This document shows positions 16,846-32,099 of a stretch of 64,000 bases of DNA, one piece after another. The first letter of the stretch is position 1. Every line of letters starts with the position of its first letter. The notes under the pieces were generated by a model. It did not search any database. It was given only the letters and a program-made list of their open reading frames with translations, and was not told the DNA's origin. The DNA lies in the NCBI RefSeq assembly GCF_009914755.1, contig NC_060940.1. One strand, given 5' to 3'. The translations under genes and the position numbers were made by a program. This DNA comes from the human T2T-CHM13v2.0 reference genome, Homo sapiens.

Positions 16846-17420
16846 TGTCTTAGCCAGTTTGGGCTGCTATAATAAAAATACCGTAGACTGAGTGGCATAA
16901 ACAATATACATGTATTCCTTGTGGTTCTGGAGGCTGGGAAGTCCAAGATCAAGATGCTGGCAGATCTGGGGTCTGGTGAGGGCTCTCTTCCTAGTTCGCA
17001 GACAGCTGCCTTCTCACTGTGTCCTCTCATAGCTGAGAGGCCAACGTGGTGAAATCCCATCCATACTAAAAATACAAAAAATTAGCTGGGGGTGTTGGCA
17101 CATGCCTATAGTTCCAGCTACTTGGGAGGGTGACGTGAGAGCATCACTTGAACCTGGGAGGTGGAGGTTGTGTGAGCCAGGATCATGCTATTGCACTCCA
17201 GCCTGAGTGACAGAGCAAGACCATCTCAAAGAAAAAAAAAAGAAAAGAAAGAAAGATAATCTCTTTTGTGTTTCTTCCTATAAGAGCATGAATTCCATTC
17301 TTGAGGGATCCACTATCATATCCTAATTGTCTCCCAATGGTCCTACCCCCTAATACCATCACAATGGGTTAGATTCCAACATATAAACTCTGGGGAAACT
17401 CAAACATTCAGTCTATAGCA
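16846..17420 (-). mobile_element. MLT1A/MSTD-type LTR interrupted by an Alu
   Basis: tgtcttagccagtttgggctgctataa...ggttctggaggctgggaagtccaagatcaag...cattcagtctatagca. Confidence 0.85.
17039..17255 (+). mobile_element. 5'-truncated Alu
   Basis: Starts at ggccaacgtggtgaaatccc; right arm and A tail present. Confidence 0.93.
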
Positions 17421-18594
17421 AACACTATGACAGCAAAGTATGCTGTAATAGTCAACTAGGCTTTTAGAGAGAAAGAAAGAAAACAACTATTTATTAAGCA
17501 CCTACTATGCGCCACCCACTTTACTAAGCTCTTTCATTATTTTATTTTAATCCAAAAGACCTGGTCCACATTAGAAGATCTGGCATAAGTGAAACTAAAG
17601 ACAGATTGAGTTGCTTATTTCTTTCCTTCCCATGGTTTTGTGTTTCCTTCTTAATGTTGTTTTGAATTTGTTTGGGCTCAAATTATATTACACCCTTGTC
17701 ATCTCCATTAGCTAAAATGTATTTATGGCTGATTATGCATGCATAAAATAAATTAAATATCTGAATAACATTACCAGTAATTGGTGAAATTGCCTTATGT
17801 TTTCACATCCTTACAACAAAAAAGGCATCAACAAATGACCAGGAAAACAAAAGGATAATCCATTATAATTTGCCTTATTAACATAGTGATAGGACAGACA
17901 CAATTATGGGCAATTTCAGTGTCTAAAAATCAAGTATGATGAAAATTATATTGAAGTTAACTAAGAAAAAATTACTTTAGCTATTGCTCCAAACCAACTG
18001 CTAGTCAGGATGAAAGAAAATAGCCCCTACTTAGAAAAATCAGCCACTGACTTAGAAGTTGACACTGAATCTTTTAAGTTTCTACAAACTATAAACCATA
18101 GCTGGAGTGTTCATTTTGATTTGCCTGGGTGATTCTCCATGATATGGTTTCCCTTCAGACACCACTGCTTTATTGGTGAATCATTTATGCTGATTTAGAG
18201 AGATATTCTAGTGTTTTTCTTTCTAAACACATAAGTACCACCTTCAGCACAGCCTGGTATTTAAAAATATATGTGTGTACCCACACACAAGCACACACAG
18301 GATCAAACCAGCATAATCATTTTTTGGGCTGCTAATTTGTGTGTTTTGATGGTGATGTGAATTTAAAGTATTTGATAACCATAAAAACCATCATGGCATA
18401 GGTACTGACCAACGGAGAAGGATACCAGCTGTGACATTAGAGCAAAGTACTAGGGCCCCTTTTGTGCAAGACCAGGGGATCACAGTAACTGGGGTGCACC
18501 AGGAAGCTGCTATTTACCAACCAAAATGAAAGTCTTTTAATCGGTTAACAATGGTGCAACCATACCAGGGTGTCACAACTAAATGTCAGTACTA

Positions 18595-18627
18595 TACACA
18601 CACACACAGAGAGACAGAGAGAGAGAG

Positions 18628-18672
<45 letters not shown>
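18595..18672 (+). repeat. (CA)n-(GA)n microsatellite
   Basis: Directly visible. Confidence 0.97.
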
Positions 18673-18675
<3 letters not shown>

Positions 18676-18996
18676 CCCCAAGGAAGGTCTGGCCTCTCCC
18701 TTGACCTCTGTTATCCCGGTGGTTTTAGTCAGCATCTTGCCAAATGGACACCCCATAACAGTACACTCCTGTAGGGCTCTGGCAGGTAACATGGCAGTCC
18801 AAACCAATGGTCATTTCTACAAGGACACCCCTTCTCTTTCAGCCCTGACACCTGGAAAACCAGTCTTATTCACAGAACATAGTAGTTGGGACCCAAGCAC
18901 GGGTACCACCACTTAGATTTTAAAAGCCAAAGATGTGTGAAGTTTGAAACAGACAGAAATGCTCCAAATCCACCCAAGGGAATCTAAAGAAGATGA

Positions 18997-19004
18997 TCTA
19001 TCTA

Positions 19005-19074
<70 letters not shown>
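18997..19074 (+). repeat. Compound tetranucleotide STR [TCTA]2[TCTG]5[TCTA]12
   Basis: Units counted directly. Confidence 0.97.
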
Positions 19075-19189
19075 GATTGATCGAGAGATGTGGCAGGGCC
19101 TGTATCTCAAGAGAAAGAGAATCCTTTACCCCATCAAAGTGAAATTTATAAAGAACAGATCCAAACATGCCTTTCCATTTCTCAAAATT

Positions 19190-19500
19190 CTTTGATGGCC
19201 AGCATCACTGATCTTTTAATATGGTAGAAAAGGGACTTCATAATGGAGCCTCACCTTATTTCTTGCTGCCTTAACCCTACATTCAAGCAATAGTGAACCA
19301 TTTGTAGTATTGGAAAACATCATGTTATTCTATATCCAGACTTCCATTTCACTGGGTGGGCAATCCATTGCAACCCACATCATAAGTCCTGGAATTGTTT
19401 GCTAGAAATCATCCTAGTTGCCTTCATCCAAGTATCCTGAGTAACACAAGGCTTGGCACATAGTAGATCCCAATAGTTTTTGTTGAGTAGATAATTCAGT
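19190..19500. mobile_element. L2 fragment
   Basis: ggcttggcacatagtagatcccaatagtttttgttgagt resembles the L2 3' end. Confidence 0.6.
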
Positions 19501-19614
19501 ATAACCAGGCAGTTCTGAAGAATAAAATATGGCAGGCACACTGTCACAGATCTTTGCCTGGGAGAGATGAAGACATGTTCAATGTATTCTAAGATCACAG
19601 GATCAAAAATGAAC

Positions 19615-20335
19615 AGAGGTTAAAAACAAAAAGACTGACCACTTCCAGGAGTGGTGAAGACGAGGAGTCATTAGAACTCTCATACCCTGCTGGCAGGAAT
19701 GTAAAGTGGCACAACCACATGGAAAACAATTTGGCAGCTTCTTAAAAAGCTAAACATATACTTACCATACCATCCAGCCATCCTAGTCCTAGGTATTCAC
19801 TCAAGAGAAGAGAAAGTATATGTCCACAGAGATTTGGTACACAAATGTTCATTGAAGTCTTATTTGCAATAGCTAAAATATGGAAACAATTTAGATGTTT
19901 CCAGTAAAACAACTGGTGAATGGATAAACAAATTGTGGTACATCCATACAGTTAAACACTTCTCAGCAATAAAAAGCAACGAACTATTGATACATGCTAC
20001 AAAAAGGATGAATTTCAAAGTAATGATGCTACGTGAAGGTAACCAGACAAAGAAAGAGTATGAACTGTACGATTCCATTTATTCATAATTCTAGAAAATG
20101 CAAACTAAGGATAAAAAGCAAGCTAGGGCTTCCTGAGAATGGAAGAGGAAGGGGTAAGAAGGAGATATTATAAAAGGGGCATGCGAAAACTTTTGGAAAT
20201 GATGAGCATATTCACTATTTTGATTATGATGGTTTTGAGGGTGTATAGGTAAGTGAAGATGCAGCTAACTCTATACTGTATGTGCTATTTGTTGAATTTC
20301 AATTATACCTTGATAAAGATGTATAAAAGTAAATA
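19615..20335 (+). mobile_element. L1MB/L1ME-type 3' end
   Basis: gaactctcataccctgctggcaggaatgtaaagtggcacaaccac...tcaattataccttgataaa. Confidence 0.85.
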
Positions 20336-21918
20336 ATAACTGAGCAAGGCATATGCTTTACGAGAAAACAGTCATTGTGGTTTGGGGAAATCACAATGAG
20401 ACACTAAGAAGGTAATGGGAACACTTTGACTTTGGAAGTGTAAGTTAGAGATTAAGGGTGGCATTTCAGAAAAGGAAAAATATAAGAAAAATGTCTAACA
20501 GTCAAGACTGTCCAATGATAAAATAAACTGGCCTTGGAGGTAGTGAGTTCCTAGTCCCTGGAAGTATTTAATTTGATGACCATTAAATAGCCCTTGAAAT
20601 GGATTCTCGCCCTGGTTGGCCAATTATTTTCTATGAGCCCTAAGATTCTTTTAACCTCTGATACTTACTTGTTCACCAAGAAGACACTGGCAGGGAATAT
20701 TTGCTGGTAGCAAACTCCCTGTCACCGATGCTCATGAAAACAACCATTAGGAATTTTCCTCAAGAATAAAAGAAGTGAAAATAATTCAAAGGCTTGGGAC
20801 TTCAAAGAAGTCGAGTTGAAAGGAAATCAGTTCTTCAGATATAGGAATTACTAGTGAGTACAAAGAGAAGAGTGAGCGATGGAGCTTTGGGGAGAGGGCG
20901 GCCGGGTGGCTGAAGTCTGGGTGTGAGAATATCAGGGAGGGGAGTAGGCACTGGGGTCTAGAAAACCCAGGGGGTGGCTATAAAACACAGAACTGGAGTC
21001 GTGAGCAGGGATTGGGTGGCTGGGGTCTTGGGATGCTTCCTCACAGATGCTGTCGGACTTGCTGTGGAAATAACTTCCCAAATAACAAAACATATCCCTG
21101 TGTTCAAAAACTTCCAGTAGCCTCCTGTTGCACTTAGAACACCATTAAAATGATTTACCAGGGCTACAGAGATACTGCTAAGTGAAAAGAGCAAGATGCC
21201 AATAAATGGGTAACAAAAATGCAACGGTTTTAAAAACAAAGATAATGAAAATTCTTTTACCACGAATGTGTATTCTATCTGAGCATTTTGCACAAGGGTA
21301 TCAGTCTGGATTATTAGACTGAATTAAAACTTCTCCTCAAGCCTGGCCCAGGTCCCCAACAAGCCCCACTCTGGCATATGGCACTGCTCTGAGGGGGAGA
21401 CAGGGATAATTGCTGGAAGCAGAGGGTGTCCGAAGAGGAGCAGTTGTGACCCCCACCAGCCACCTGGATGAAGCAATTAAACAATTGACTGAGTGAATCT
21501 AACAAATGCCAAAGGGATGAAAATTGATTTGGGTAAAAGACAAATGAGGTCAATTTCCTCATTTCTGAAAACCAAGGTGAGAGTTAAGGACAGACCCTTC
21601 CCCAGATTCCACATTTCTTCCTTAGTCCATAAAGGAGAGGATATCGCTCTTGTCTTGTGGGAAGAAAGCTGCCAACTCTTTTTACCCATGAGTCCTCCCC
21701 AAGAAAAGAAAGGATGAATGTAATTGCTCAGAGAACAACACTCACCGGAACATGGCTTACTAAAGGGCAGGGATAGGGTATTGCAGGGTTAGGGCCCGCC
21801 ACTTACCACTTTCTCTTTGCATACCTCCCAGACACCCCCCTTTCTCCATCTTCAGTGCCCTATAGGCCTGTGGGCCTCACCCCTCGATGGCTATCTCAAA
21901 GTCAGACCTGACCTGTAA

Positions 21919-22567
<649 letters not shown>

Positions 22568-22591
22568 TAGTCTTTAACTTGGTGAAGAAGG

Positions 22592-22963
22592 TGATATGGT
22601 TTGGCTCTGTGTCCTCACCCAAATCTCATCTTGTAGTTCCCATAATTCCCACGTGTTGTGGGAGGGACCCAGTGGGGGATGATTGAATCATGGGGGCAGG
22701 TCTTTCCCATGCTGTTCTCATGATAATGCGATAATGAGTAGGTCTCACGAGATCTGATGGTTTAAAAAACAGGAGTTTCTCTGCACAAGCTCTCTTTTTG
22801 CCTGCTGCCATCCATGTAAGATGTGACTCACTCCTCCTTGCCTTCCACCATGATTGTGAGGCCTACCCAGCCACGTGGAACTGTAAGTCCAATAAACCTT
22901 TCTTTTGTAAATTGCCCAGTCTCGGGTATGTCTTTATTAGCAGTATGAAAATAGACTAATACA
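22592..22963 (+). mobile_element. THE1 (THE1B-like) solo LTR
   Basis: tgatatggtttggctctgtgtcc...gactaataca termini; near-TSD gaagg/caagg. Confidence 0.93.
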
Positions 22964-22984
22964 CAAGGAGTAGGAGGCTAAGAT

Positions 22985-23821
22985 CTGTTTCTACTCATAA
23001 CACTTCTGACATCAAATGTGTGGGTTTTTTTCCATACCAACACCCAATGATCCAACTCTTCAGACAACCAACTGGGTGTCCAAGGACCCAGTTCTAACAC
23101 CAACTACCCAGAATTTGCATCAGACCCCACAGGTTAAGGGCTCAGTCCCACAAGACTGCTCCCATTTCAGATGCTAATTGCAAGTTCTAGGTCTCCTGTA
23201 CTTCTAATAGACCAGCTATAAATAAGGGGTTCCCCCACCAGCACCCCCATGTTCAATGGTTTGCTATGATGGCTACTGGAACCCAGGAAAAACCATTTAT
23301 TTACTATTACTGGTTTATTATGAAGGATACAAATGTACACCAGATGAAGAGGCACACAGGGTGAGGTCAGAAGGGTCCTCAGCATGGAGACATCTGTCCC
23401 TGTAGGAGTTAGGGTGTGCCACCTTCCTGGCACATGGATGTGTTCAACTCAGCAGCTCTCTGAGCCCATCCAGTTTAGGGGATTTCATGGAAGTTCCATT
23501 ACATAAGCATGAAAGATTAAATCACTGGCCATTTGTGATCAGCTCAATCTCCAGCCCCTCTCCCCTCCCTGAAAGTTCCAATCCTCTAATCACATGATTG
23601 ATTCCTCTGGTGATCAGCCCCTATCCTGAAGCTAGCTAGGGGCCCACCAAGAGTCACGGCATTTGCATAAACTCAGGTATGGTTCAAAGTCTTATTAAGA
23701 GTAACAAAAGATGCTCCTCTCACCCCTCTGACTCAGAAAATTAAAATGGTTTTAGGGCCTCTCTGTTAAGAACTAAGGAAGAAGATCAAATATATATTTT
23801 TTCTTCTATCACAATATCACA
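22985..23821 (-). mobile_element. MER21-family solo LTR
   Basis: aacacttctgacatcaaatgtgtggg...aagggctcagtcccacaagactgct...tcacaatatcaca, the reverse complement of the MER21C-like start tgtgatattgtga. Confidence 0.8.
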
Positions 23822-24420
23822 GAGGGTCTACTCAGCCTCAGGCCTAGCCATGTTCCCAGTCGAGGTTTGAAACCCTTCTTTGCAACTTGAAACCCTGCTT
23901 TGGAAGTGTTAGGGGTGGGGAGGTGCTGCTTTGTGTGGAAGCTCCTTTGTCAGAATCCTGGAAGGGAAGAAAAGGGACTGGTAGGATTTGTCCGCCATGA
24001 ATTCTTAGATAGTAAGAAAAATTAAAAGGATGATACAAAGGAAGTAGCAAATTAGTCTATGCATTAAAATTGGCCTTAGACACTCTTCTGTCTTCTGATA
24101 GCAACAGCAACACCACCACATGCCACCATGAGGCACATACTGTTATCCCCTTTCCACATATGAGTAAGAGAAAACAGAGTTAAAACAACTAAATATCCTG
24201 ACTTGATCATTCCATGACTGATCATTCTAGGCATGTTACAAAGTCTCACATGTACCCTGCAAACATGTGAAATAGTATGTACCCATACAAGAAAAAAAGT
24301 TCAAACAAAAATTAATTAAAATTTCTAAATAAATGTCTAATTAAATAAGTAACACAGTAGAGAACAGTGGGACCAGGTAAGTTCCAGAGAGTGTTTATCG
24401 TTGTTGCTGTTTTTCTTTGT

Positions 24421-24739
24421 GTTTTTGTTGTTATTGTTGTTGTTGTTTTTTGAGACGGAGTCTCGCTCTGTCGCCCAGGCTGCCTCTGTTGCCCAGGTTG
24501 GAGTGCATGGCACAATCTCGGCTCACTTCAAGCTCCACCTCCCAGGTTGACACCATTCTCCTGCCTCAGCCTCCCAAGTAGCTGGGACTACAGGCGCCTG
24601 CCACCACGCCTGGCTAATTTTTTGTATTTTTAGTAGAGAACGCGTTAGCCAGGATGGTCTCGATCTCCTGACCTCATGATCCGCCTGCCTCGGCCTCCCA
24701 AAGTGCTGGAATTACAGGCGTGAGCCACCGCACCCGGCC
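24421..24739 (-). mobile_element. AluY-like SINE
   Basis: caagctccacctccc, ttagccaggatggtctcgatc diagnostics; (GTT)n tail; internal duplication and deletion. Confidence 0.95.
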
Positions 24740-25036
24740 TGTTGCTGTTGTTTTTTAAGACAAGGTCTTGATCTGTCACCCAGGCTGGAGTACAGTGGCA
24801 CCAACATGGCTAACTGCAGCCTTGACCTCCCAGGCTCAAGCAATCCTCACACCTCAGCCTCCCAAGTAGCTGAGACCACAGGCACGTGCCACCATGCTTG
24901 GCTAATTTTTTAATTTGGTAGAGTCAGGGTCTTACCACGTTGCCCAGCCTGGTCTCAGACTCCTGGGCTCAAGTGATCCTCCCACCTTGGCTTCCCAAAG
25001 TGCTGTAATTATAGGTGTGAGCCACCATGCCCAGCC
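24740..25036 (-). mobile_element. AluJ SINE, tandem with the previous Alu
   Basis: ctcctgggctcaagtgatcctcccacc diagnostic. Confidence 0.95.
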
Positions 25037-25436
25037 CCAGAAAGCTCTTACTTACTGCACTATTCCACCTCTTTGAATGCATGAAGGGATGTTCTAATTA
25101 TTATTATTATTATATTATTATTATAGTTTTGAAAGAGAAAGACACTAAACTAAGGAGGCCCAGTGGCTTATCTAAGCCAAAAATAGTCAGGGAAGTGCAG
25201 AGAAGGCAGTGTGGTGTAGTGGGTAGCACTTGGGACTTGGCCCCTGAGGATCAGGGTTCAAATCTCAGTTATACCATGAGCTTCATCCCTTCATCTGGGA
25301 AACTGAGCATCCTGACAAGGTTCAGACAAGATCATACACATACGAGCACTTCATGCATGCAATATTATGTCTGGAAAGCACAGACTTTGTATGTAGTGGT
25401 TTCTGTTGTCACAGCTGACCAACCTTGAGTTGACCC

Positions 25437-25617
25437 AGTGGTTCTCCACCCAGGGTGGTTTTGTCCCCCAGGGGACCCCGGGCAATGTCACAATTGACAT
25501 CCAGTGAGTAGAGGCCAGGGATGCTGCCAAATATCCTACAATGCACAGGACAGCTCCCTGTAACAAAGAATCATCCAGCCCAAAATGTCAGTCGGACCCA
25601 GGCTGAGAAACACTGGT
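25437..25617. mobile_element. MER20 DNA transposon remnant
   Basis: cagtggttctc...gagaaacactg TIRs; catccagtgagtagaggccagggatgctgc core. Confidence 0.88.
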
Positions 25618-25804
25618 TTGGAATAAATCCATGGCATTTATAACAATTCGGGAGTAGAGTAGATGCTCAATAAATATTTGTTGAACATATGAATAAATAA
25701 ATAATCAAGTTCTGCAACGTTGCCTACAACGTGGTTATGTGAGAGCAATGTTAGAGTAAGTAAATGGGTGGTAAATAAGCCAGCAAGACTGAGGGATAGG
25801 CAAC

Positions 25805-25970
25805 ATCCTTGCTACTCAAACTGTGGTCCAGCAGCTTCACCATCATCTGCACACCTGTTACAAACGGAGCATCCCAGGTTCCATCCCAGACCTAGTGAGT
25901 CAGAATCTGCATTTTAACAATATCCCCAGAGAACTCATAGGCACATTCAGGTTTGAAAACTACCATCCTA
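25805..25970. mobile_element. MER5A remnant
   Basis: ctactcaaactgtggtcc...cagaatctgcattttaacaa. Confidence 0.8.
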
Positions 25971-26544
25971 GAGTCTGCATTTGGGGGCAGGTTATATCCA
26001 ATAGCAGCCCTAGTTCCAACCGATTAGTGCAGAAACTAAGGCCTCTTTAAGATCAGTTCTGCTGAATCGTCCCTCTTGGCTATAACCCAGCTCTATCCAC
26101 AGGTGGTATTTCCACCTGGATACTCTCCATTTGGATAAAGAAGAACATGTCCCCCAGGCACTGAGCAGGGCCTTCTCTCTCTTTGTTCACAAAGTAGAGC
26201 AGTGAGTATAATGAAATATGGCACATCATCAATACCCCCTATGCAGAAACTGCACGGGATGCTACAGCTGAAAGATTCCTTGAAGAGGAAAAGAAAATGG
26301 TATTGCAACTTTTATTTGGAGCTTGATTACTTCATTGTCTTTTACCCTCCGGGTGAAGGGGCAGCCAAGAAAAACAAATTCTGCATGACGCTATGAGCTC
26401 GGATCCTTGGTTCTGAATGCTGCTCAGACTTTGTCCTGTGGCACCAGGAAAGGAAAAGAGGTGCTTTGCATCAGCCACAAAGCCAAACATTTCCCCCAGT
26501 CAGGATGATCATATTCTTCCTTCAACTACTAACAGGTCATCAGA

Positions 26545-26800
26545 ACTCAGTATTTATTGAGCATTGACTAAGTACCATGGCACTATTCTGAGTATTTTAC
26601 ATATATTAATGCATTTAGTACTTACACACCCTATGAGGTAGAAACTACCAAATTCTTCATTTTATAGATAAGGAAGTTCATGCATAGAGAAGTTAAGTAA
26701 CTTTCCTGAGGTGAGATAGCTAAAAAGCAAGTGGTGAAGCTAAGACTGGAACCCAGAAAGTCTGGCTTCAGAGCCAGTGTTCTTAACCCTTCAACCCTAC
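26545..26800 (-). mobile_element. MIR SINE
   Basis: tatttattgagca...cattttatagataaggaag...aagttaagtaacttt core. Confidence 0.85.
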
Positions 26801-26872
26801 TGTTTACATTTTAGATTTTATAAGAATAACTAAGATGAAATCTCTGCTCTGATGGAGTATTCAGCCTGGTAA

Positions 26873-27304
<432 letters not shown>

Positions 27305-27399
27305 TGATTTAGAATCAACAAGCATGTTATAACATGTCAGGTACATACTAGATAGTCATTAAATAATAGTTGAGAGAATGAATAAATAAAATAATTAAT

Positions 27400-27738
27400 G
27401 GCCAGGCACAATGGCTCATGCCTATGATCCCAGCACTTTGGGAGGCTCAGGCAGGAGGATCACTTGACCCCAGGAGTTCCAGACCAGCCTGAGCAACACA
27501 GCAAAAACCCTGTCTCTACAAAAAAAAAAAAAAAAAAAAAAAAAAAAACACAGAAAAATTAGCCCGGGATGGTGGTGCATGCCTGTAATCCCAGCTACTC
27601 AGGAGGCTGAGGTGGGAAGATGACCTGAACCCAGGAATTCAAGGCTGTGGTGATCTGTGATCCCATCACTGCACTCTAGCCTGAGCTAGATGAGATGAGA
27701 GTAAAACTCTGTCTAAAAAAATATATAATAATAATAAT
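27400..27738 (+). mobile_element. AluJ SINE with an expanded middle A-run
   Basis: Full-length; ~29 A at 27520-27548. Confidence 0.95.
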
Positions 27739-28097
27739 TAACAAATGAACATGGTCCTTCAACATGTTTTCAAGAAAGTAAGGCGCTATGTATGGCAATA
27801 GGCTCTTAAAGGAAATACCTGCTTTTTACTTTCTATCCAGCACTACCCCCCAACCTCCCTCCTTAATCTGTGGAATTGCCTCTTTTCCCAGTTCCTCCCA
27901 TGTTCTTCCCACTGGAGCTATAATAGCTTTGCATTGCAACACCTCTGGCCTTAGCTAACTGGCCATGGGTGAGCTCCTGCCAATGAGTTATCTTCTTTGG
28001 GAATTTTGGAAGCAGGAGAAAGAAGATCAGTACAACTTTTCCAAGTAGTCAAAGCTGTACAACGAAAAAAAAAAAAAGATATCTGTTGGTCGCCACA

Positions 28098-28317
28098 TTT
28101 TCTTTTTTTTTTTTAATTTTTTTATTATACTTTAAGTTCTAGGGTACATGTGCACAACATGCAGGTTTGTTACATATGTATACATGTGCCATGTTGGTGT
28201 GCTACACCCATTAACTCGTCATTTACATTAGGTATATCTCCTAATGCTATCCCTCCCCGCTACTCCCACCCCACAACAGGCCCTGGTGTGTGATGTTCCC
28301 CTTCCTGTGTCCAAGTG
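28098..28317 (-). mobile_element. Short 5'-truncated L1PA 3' end
   Basis: ttattatactttaagttctagggtacatgtgcacaac...cttcctgtgtccaagtg with a T tail. Confidence 0.95.
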
Positions 28318-29221
28318 ACCCCAGGAAGGCAGCTCGTCTGTATCCCAAGAGCTCCATAAAGCTTTATGCTAATATGCAGCTAAGAGCCAAAGATGAGAGA
28401 TGGAGAGAAATTACTTCTGACATCGTTCAAGTCTCTGTTTCCAGACACTTAACCTCTGAGGTTTCATTTTCTCTTTCATAAAACGGAGAGAGTGTGGGAG
28501 GATTACATCCTGCAAGGCTACAATCCTGCTGTTCAAGGAAGAGGGGCTCTAACCAGGCAACCATGTCCAAGTAAGGGGAAAGTTCACTCACTCCCCTCTA
28601 TTCAAACTCAGAGCCTCTAGCACCAGAGTAAAACCAGTTGAAGCAAATTCCTTTTGAGCTTGAGCTCCACCAAACAGCCCTCTAATTCTAGAGCACAGAT
28701 GATATGCCCTGACTGGTGACATGAATGGGTAAGTTTCTGTAATGGGCATCTCATGTTTCTCATGAACAAAACGGCATGCTAAATTTACACAACTGGCCTC
28801 CTGTGTCTTCGGATGCCATGAGCCCTTTCTCAGGATCTGCTCACCAAGAGGGGCTCAGCATTCAAATTTTGCTCCCATAGGGCTGAAAGAGCACACTCAC
28901 TTGGCTTATTCATACCAAGCATCTAGCATCTAGGAAGATGGTTTCCAGACCCATTACAAGGCTACGATGCTCTTCACTGAAGAAGCACAGTACCATCAGT
29001 GAGTTCCAAAAGCACATCATGGCTCATTGCAAACAGCCCTTCAGATTCTCTAGATATCTGTTTTTCACATCTTGCTCTGAACATCCTCGGAGGCCACTGA
29101 GAAAAAGGAGGAAGTTTAAATGAGATGGCTCTTCTGCAGGCTTCAACCGCAGCAGCTCCATCTGACATGCTTTAAATATTTCAGTTTTGCATATGTCATG
29201 TGATACATTCGGACATTTTCT

Positions 29222-29845
<624 letters not shown>

Positions 29846-31119
29846 CTACTTTATTTTTTTTTAGAATAGAAAAAGCAGCTATGGCCCACAAAATTAATAT
29901 CATGATCCCCTAATGGGCCCCAACCTGAAGTTTGAAAAGCATTACTCCGGCATGCCCACAGAACACGTTCCAGCTGGGATTTGCATCCAGTGAATTCATT
30001 AGGTCAAAGGTTACCAACCAGTTCCCACAGAGAGCAAGGGTCCTTTGAACTTAAGCCCCACATGGCCGGCTAGCATAATGTTAGAAACAAATCCTAGAAA
30101 TTTCATCTCCAGAAGCTCTAAATGGAGACATATACATTCTAAGACTCTAGCCTTGCTTGGGGAGAAAAAAATAAATAGAAGGTTATGTGGCACAGTGTCT
30201 GTATTCCCACACAATTGCAACTAGCAGGAGCGGAAGTAGATGTCTGATTCCCTCTACTCTCTCCCAAAATATAAGTTCTGAATGGTAAGCAATCCCAAGA
30301 CCACGTGGTCTCACCCCAGGGCCTCCAATTCCATCCACCTGCCAAGCCTCCTGCTGAAAATCCCCTCTCACCATGGATTCTGCAAGTCTGGCCAGCTGTC
30401 CTTTTGATAAATGCCCTTTGCTAAGACGCAGGTCAGTGTAATTTTCCAAAAGGTTAGGAGGAGTGACTGCTCAGAGAGGGCTCGCTTATTATTTCAAATG
30501 TCACCTATCCCATTCTCTAACATTTACTGAGTTATTTACAACTTGATTCTTGCTGTACCTGCCAGTATGTCTGACCTGCTCCAGTCTCTCCTCTCGTCAC
30601 TGTCTCTATAGCCCTGAAACAGGAGCTAGAGACTAATGGCCTTGCCTCTGAAAGCCAGGGTGGTTTCTAACCTAAGATAGGGAAACCACCCTAATAGGTA
30701 ATTTTTGCACCAAGTCATGCCTTAAACGTCGATGAAATTCACCTGTTTTGAGGCATGCATGGTTGTTGATTGTTTCCATGGGGCTGCAGATGTTTAGTCC
30801 ATTTTCAATTTGTTCAGCCAGATTAAAAACCCAATACTAATGTTTAAACTAGCAAACCTCAAAAAGACTTCATTCATTTCTCCTCTAAATAATATGGGGC
30901 ATTTGTTTGGGTCAGTAATTTCAGTTAAAGAAACTTTTTGGGGACAACTATTTATCCCATACGCCTGTTGAAGTTATAATAAAAACAGTAACAATCATGA
31001 TAACATAAATGTCTGTCAAGTATTCAGTGTCTACTATGCACCAAGCATGATGCATGGTATTCAGCCTTTGGCTATATATAAATATATACCGCTAGAGAGA
31101 GTTTTATATATAGTTATAT

Positions 31120-31636
31120 CAGCGGTCCCCAACCTTTTTTTGGCACCATGGACCAGTTTTGTGGAAGATGATTTTTCCACAGACTGGGGTCAGCAGACAG
31201 GGTGATTGTGGGATGATTCAAGCGCATTACATTCATCATGCACTTTATTTCTATTATTATTACACTGTAATATATAATGAAGTAATTATGCAACTCACCA
31301 TAATGTAGAATCAGTAGGAGCCCTGAGCTTGCTTTCCTGCAACTAGACGGTCCCATCTGCAGCGAGACAGTGACGGGGCATTAGTTTCTCATCTAGGAGC
31401 TCGCAACCTAGATCCCTTGCACGTGCAGTTCACACAGGGTTCCTGCTCCTACGAGAATCTAATGCCGCCACTAATCCGACAGGAGACAGGGCTCAGGTGG
31501 TGATGCCAGCAATGGGAAGCAGCTGTAAATACAGATGAAGCCTCGCTCGCTCGCCGCTCAACTTCTGCTGTGTGGCCTGGCTCCTGACAGGGCACAAACT
31601 GGTACCAGTCTATGGCCTGGAGGTTGGGGACCCCAG
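31120..31636. mobile_element. MER1A (hAT-Charlie) DNA transposon
   Basis: TIRs cagcggtccccaacc / ggttggggacccca; ~517 bp; near 8-bp TSD agttatat/gtttatat; sits in a TA-rich tract within a MIR. Confidence 0.92.
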
Positions 31637-32099
31637 GTTTATATGGTCATACATAGTTAATATTAGTTATATGTATAGTTTTATATGTATTGTTATGGTT
31701 TTATATATACATATGATCATTTAACTCACAACATCTCTGCAAGTTAGATATCAGATAATTATTTCCCCTTTACAAATAAACGAAGGCTGAGAGCTTCAGT
31801 GACTTTCCCAGGGCCACTCACTCATGATCAGAGCCAGGACTAGATTTCAGGACTGTCCGTACTTTATACCCTACCCACTGCCTCTCAATCATTATACCAG
31901 GAACCATCACTTTGGAGCCAGCATCTATGCCCTTATACACATCAAAGCACTGAGATTACTCAACAAGCCAACTTTGAAAATTACCTTTGTCATGAGCTTT
32001 CTTTTGGTCTAGAATAAGAATTCTGGAACTTGAGTGAATCTAGCCTCCTTCTTCCCACAGGACCAGGAGATCTTGGTCTCATGGCCTAACGTCGTTGAA

